Shown here in pieces: positions 58,470 to 60,072 of a DNA stretch of 60,072 nt (position 1 is its first letter; the number at the start of each line of letters is the position of its first letter). Under the pieces are notes generated by a model. It was not told the DNA's origin. It ran no database searches and was given only the letters and a program-made list of their open reading frames with translations. Position numbers and translations under genes: made by a program. The stretch spans positions 1 through 60,072 of the forward strand of contig DAOUQG010000001.1 of the NCBI GenBank assembly GCA_030625765.1. Reading direction: 5' to 3'. This stretch comes from Thermohalobacteraceae bacterium. GTDB taxonomy: Bacteria > Bacillota > Clostridia > Tissierellales > VENL01.

Positions 58470-60008
58470 ATCATTTTTCAATATATTGTAGTAGGGGTAG
58501 CAGGCTTAGTTGTAGGCGTTCCAGCTGGGATTTATTTCAGGAAGGTTATTGCAGAAGGTAAGCTGAAAAACGCTGAAGAAGTTGCTCTAAGAATCATAGA
58601 TGATGCGAAAAAGCAAGCTGAAACAACTAAAAAAGAAACTCTTCTTGAAGCTAGAGAAGAAGTTCACAGAATGAGAAATGAAATTCAAAGAGAAAATAGA
58701 GAACGAAGAAGTGAACTTCAAAAGCTTGAAAGAAGGCTGGTTCATAAAGAAGAGTCGTTAGATAGAAAGAGTGAATCTTTAGAAAAGAAAGATGACCGAT
58801 TTAACAAGAAACTTAAAGAGGTAGAAAGTAAAAAAGCTCAAGTAGATAAGCTATATGAAAAGCAAGTACAAGAGTTAGAACGGTTATCTGGATTGACTTC
58901 TGATGATGCAAGAGAGTTGCTTTTAAGTAACATTAAGAAAGATATTAACCATGAAGCAGCTATAATGATAAAAGAAATTGAAAATAAGGCAAAAGAAGAA
59001 GCAGATAAAAGAGCGAGAAAAATTGTTTCATATGCAATTCAGAAATGTGCAGCTGATCACGTTGCAGAAACTACAGTAACAGTAGTTAATCTACCAAATG
59101 ACGAGATGAAAGGTAGAATTATTGGTAGAGAAGGTAGAAATATTAGAACTTTAGAAACATTAACTGGAATTGATTTAATAATTGATGATACTCCTGAAGC
59201 AGTAATCCTTTCAGGATTTGACCCAATAAGAAGAGAAATAGCAAGGATAACTCTTGAGAAGCTCATTGTGGATGGAAGGATACATCCTGCTAGAATTGAA
59301 GAGATGGTTGAGAAATCAAAAAAAGAGGTTGAAAACCATATTAGAGAACAAGGTGAAGAAGCAGCATTTGATACAGGAGTACATGGGTTACATTCAGAAA
59401 TAATTAAGTTGTTAGGTAGATTAAAATATAGAACAAGTTACGGTCAAAATGTTCTTAAGCATTCAATTGAAGTAGCTCAACTTGCAGGTATTATGGCAGC
59501 TGAAATTGGTGCAAATGTGAAAATCGCAAAAAGAGCAGGACTACTTCATGATTTAGGTAAATCTGTTGATCACGAGGTAGAAGGGCCACATGTTGCTATT
59601 GGTGTTGATATTGCAAGAAAATATAGAGAGTCAAAAGAAGTTATACATGCAATAGAAGCTCATCATGGGGATGTTGAACCAACAACTATAGAAGCAGTCC
59701 TAGTACAAGCAGCAGATGCAATCTCAGCTGCTAGACCAGGTGCTAGACGTGAAACGTTAGAATCTTACATTAGAAGATTAGAAAGACTTGAAGACATAGC
59801 TAATACATTTGAAGGTGTCGAAAAATCTTATGCAATTCAAGCAGGTAGAGAAATAAGAATTATTGTTAAGCCTGATGCAATAGATGACTTAGAAATTATA
59901 CATTTAGCTAGAGATATTGTTAAGAAAATTGAGCACGAGTTAGAATATCCTGGACAAATAAAAGTAAATGTAATTAGAGAAACAAGAGCGATTGAATATG
60001 CAAAATAA
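58470..60008 (+). CDS. rny: ribonuclease Y (start inferred at ATC 58470 or ATT 58473)
   Basis: KH domain ([15 protein letters not shown]) and HD domain (LLHDLGK...HH). The frame stays open upstream of the first ATG (58671) back to the TAG at 58452-58454. That stretch encodes the expected TM anchor [32 protein letters not shown] lies at 58457-58464. Confidence 0.9.
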   Translation: MIFQYIVVGVAGLVVGVPAGIYFRKVIAEGKLKNAEEVALRIIDDAKKQAETTKKETLLEAREEVHRMRNEIQRENRERRSELQKLERRLVHKEESLDRKSESLEKKDDRFNKKLKEVESKKAQVDKLYEKQVQELERLSGLTSDDARELLLSNIKKDINHEAAIMIKEIENKAKEEADKRARKIVSYAIQKCAADHVAETTVTVVNLPNDEMKGRIIGREGRNIRTLETLTGIDLIIDDTPEAVILSGFDPIRREIARITLEKLIVDGRIHPARIEEMVEKSKKEVENHIREQGEEAAFDTGVHGLHSEIIKLLGRLKYRTSYGQNVLKHSIEVAQLAGIMAAEIGANVKIAKRAGLLHDLGKSVDHEVEGPHVAIGVDIARKYRESKEVIHAIEAHHGDVEPTTIEAVLVQAADAISAARPGARRETLESYIRRLERLEDIANTFEGVEKSYAIQAGREIRIIVKPDAIDDLEIIHLARDIVKKIEHELEYPGQIKVNVIRETRAIEYAK

Positions 60009-60018
60009 AGTGAAACTA

Positions 60019-60055
60019 AATTCAGCAGAGGTAATAACTTCTGCTGAATTTTTTA
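60019..60055 (+). terminator. intrinsic terminator after rny
   Basis: 13-bp stem aattcagcagagg / cttctgctgaatt (one G-U pair) with loop taataa, then ttttat. Confidence 0.85.
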
Positions 60056-60072
60056 TATTATAGAAAATAATA

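Noticed and set aside
1-60072. Search for mobile elements, prophage, defence islands, toxin-antitoxin pairs, rRNA/tRNA genes and in-frame TGA selenoprotein genes
   Set aside because: Every ORF of 90 aa or more on the + strand is assignable to a housekeeping, motility or sporulation family, or is one of the two small operon-terminal unknowns. I found no integrase, transposase, inverted terminal repeats, tRNA-like cloverleaf sequences or rRNA-like conserved blocks. The window looks like ordinary core chromosome apart from the non-coding features reported above.

Overview
This 60 kb window is AT-rich chromosomal core sequence from a motile, spore-forming, low-GC Firmicute (Clostridia-like). I could support genes only on the + strand. 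Gene order is: (1) the distal half of a fla/che operon, fliM-fliY-cheY-fliOPQR-flhBAFG-PilZ-cheBAWCD-sigD-DUF342 plus two small unknown ORFs; (2) rpsB-tsf-pyrH-frr, uppS-cdsA-dxr-rseP-ispG, a GT2 glycosyltransferase and an MgtC-family protein; (3) polC; (4) rimP-nusA-ylxR-ylxQ-infB-rbfA-nrnA-truB-ribF; (5) rpsO and pnp; (6) a Bacillus-like sporulation-linked block, ylxY-type deacetylase, M16 peptidase, dut, ymxH, dapG, tepA, uppP, ftsK/spoIIIE; (7) selU(mnmH)-rimO-pgsA, cinA-recA and rny. I found no rRNA, tRNA, CRISPR array, transposase, integrase, phage gene or defence-type gene cluster, and no evidence of a novel multi-gene system. The unexplained signal lies in non-coding and start-codon features. 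First, a family of homologous structured intergenic modules sits upstream of the M16 peptidase gene, dut and cinA; its long stem shows compensatory base changes between copies, and it has a pseudoknot-type topology. Second, two tandem bulged-A hairpin modules lie in the M16 peptidase leader. Third, rny can only encode its membrane anchor if translation starts at ATC or ATT. Fourth, an 84-codon stop-free frame between frr and a strong terminator has a Shine-Dalgarno but no canonical start. All minus-strand ORFs in the supplied track lie antisense inside well-supported + strand genes, and I treat them as shadow ORFs.
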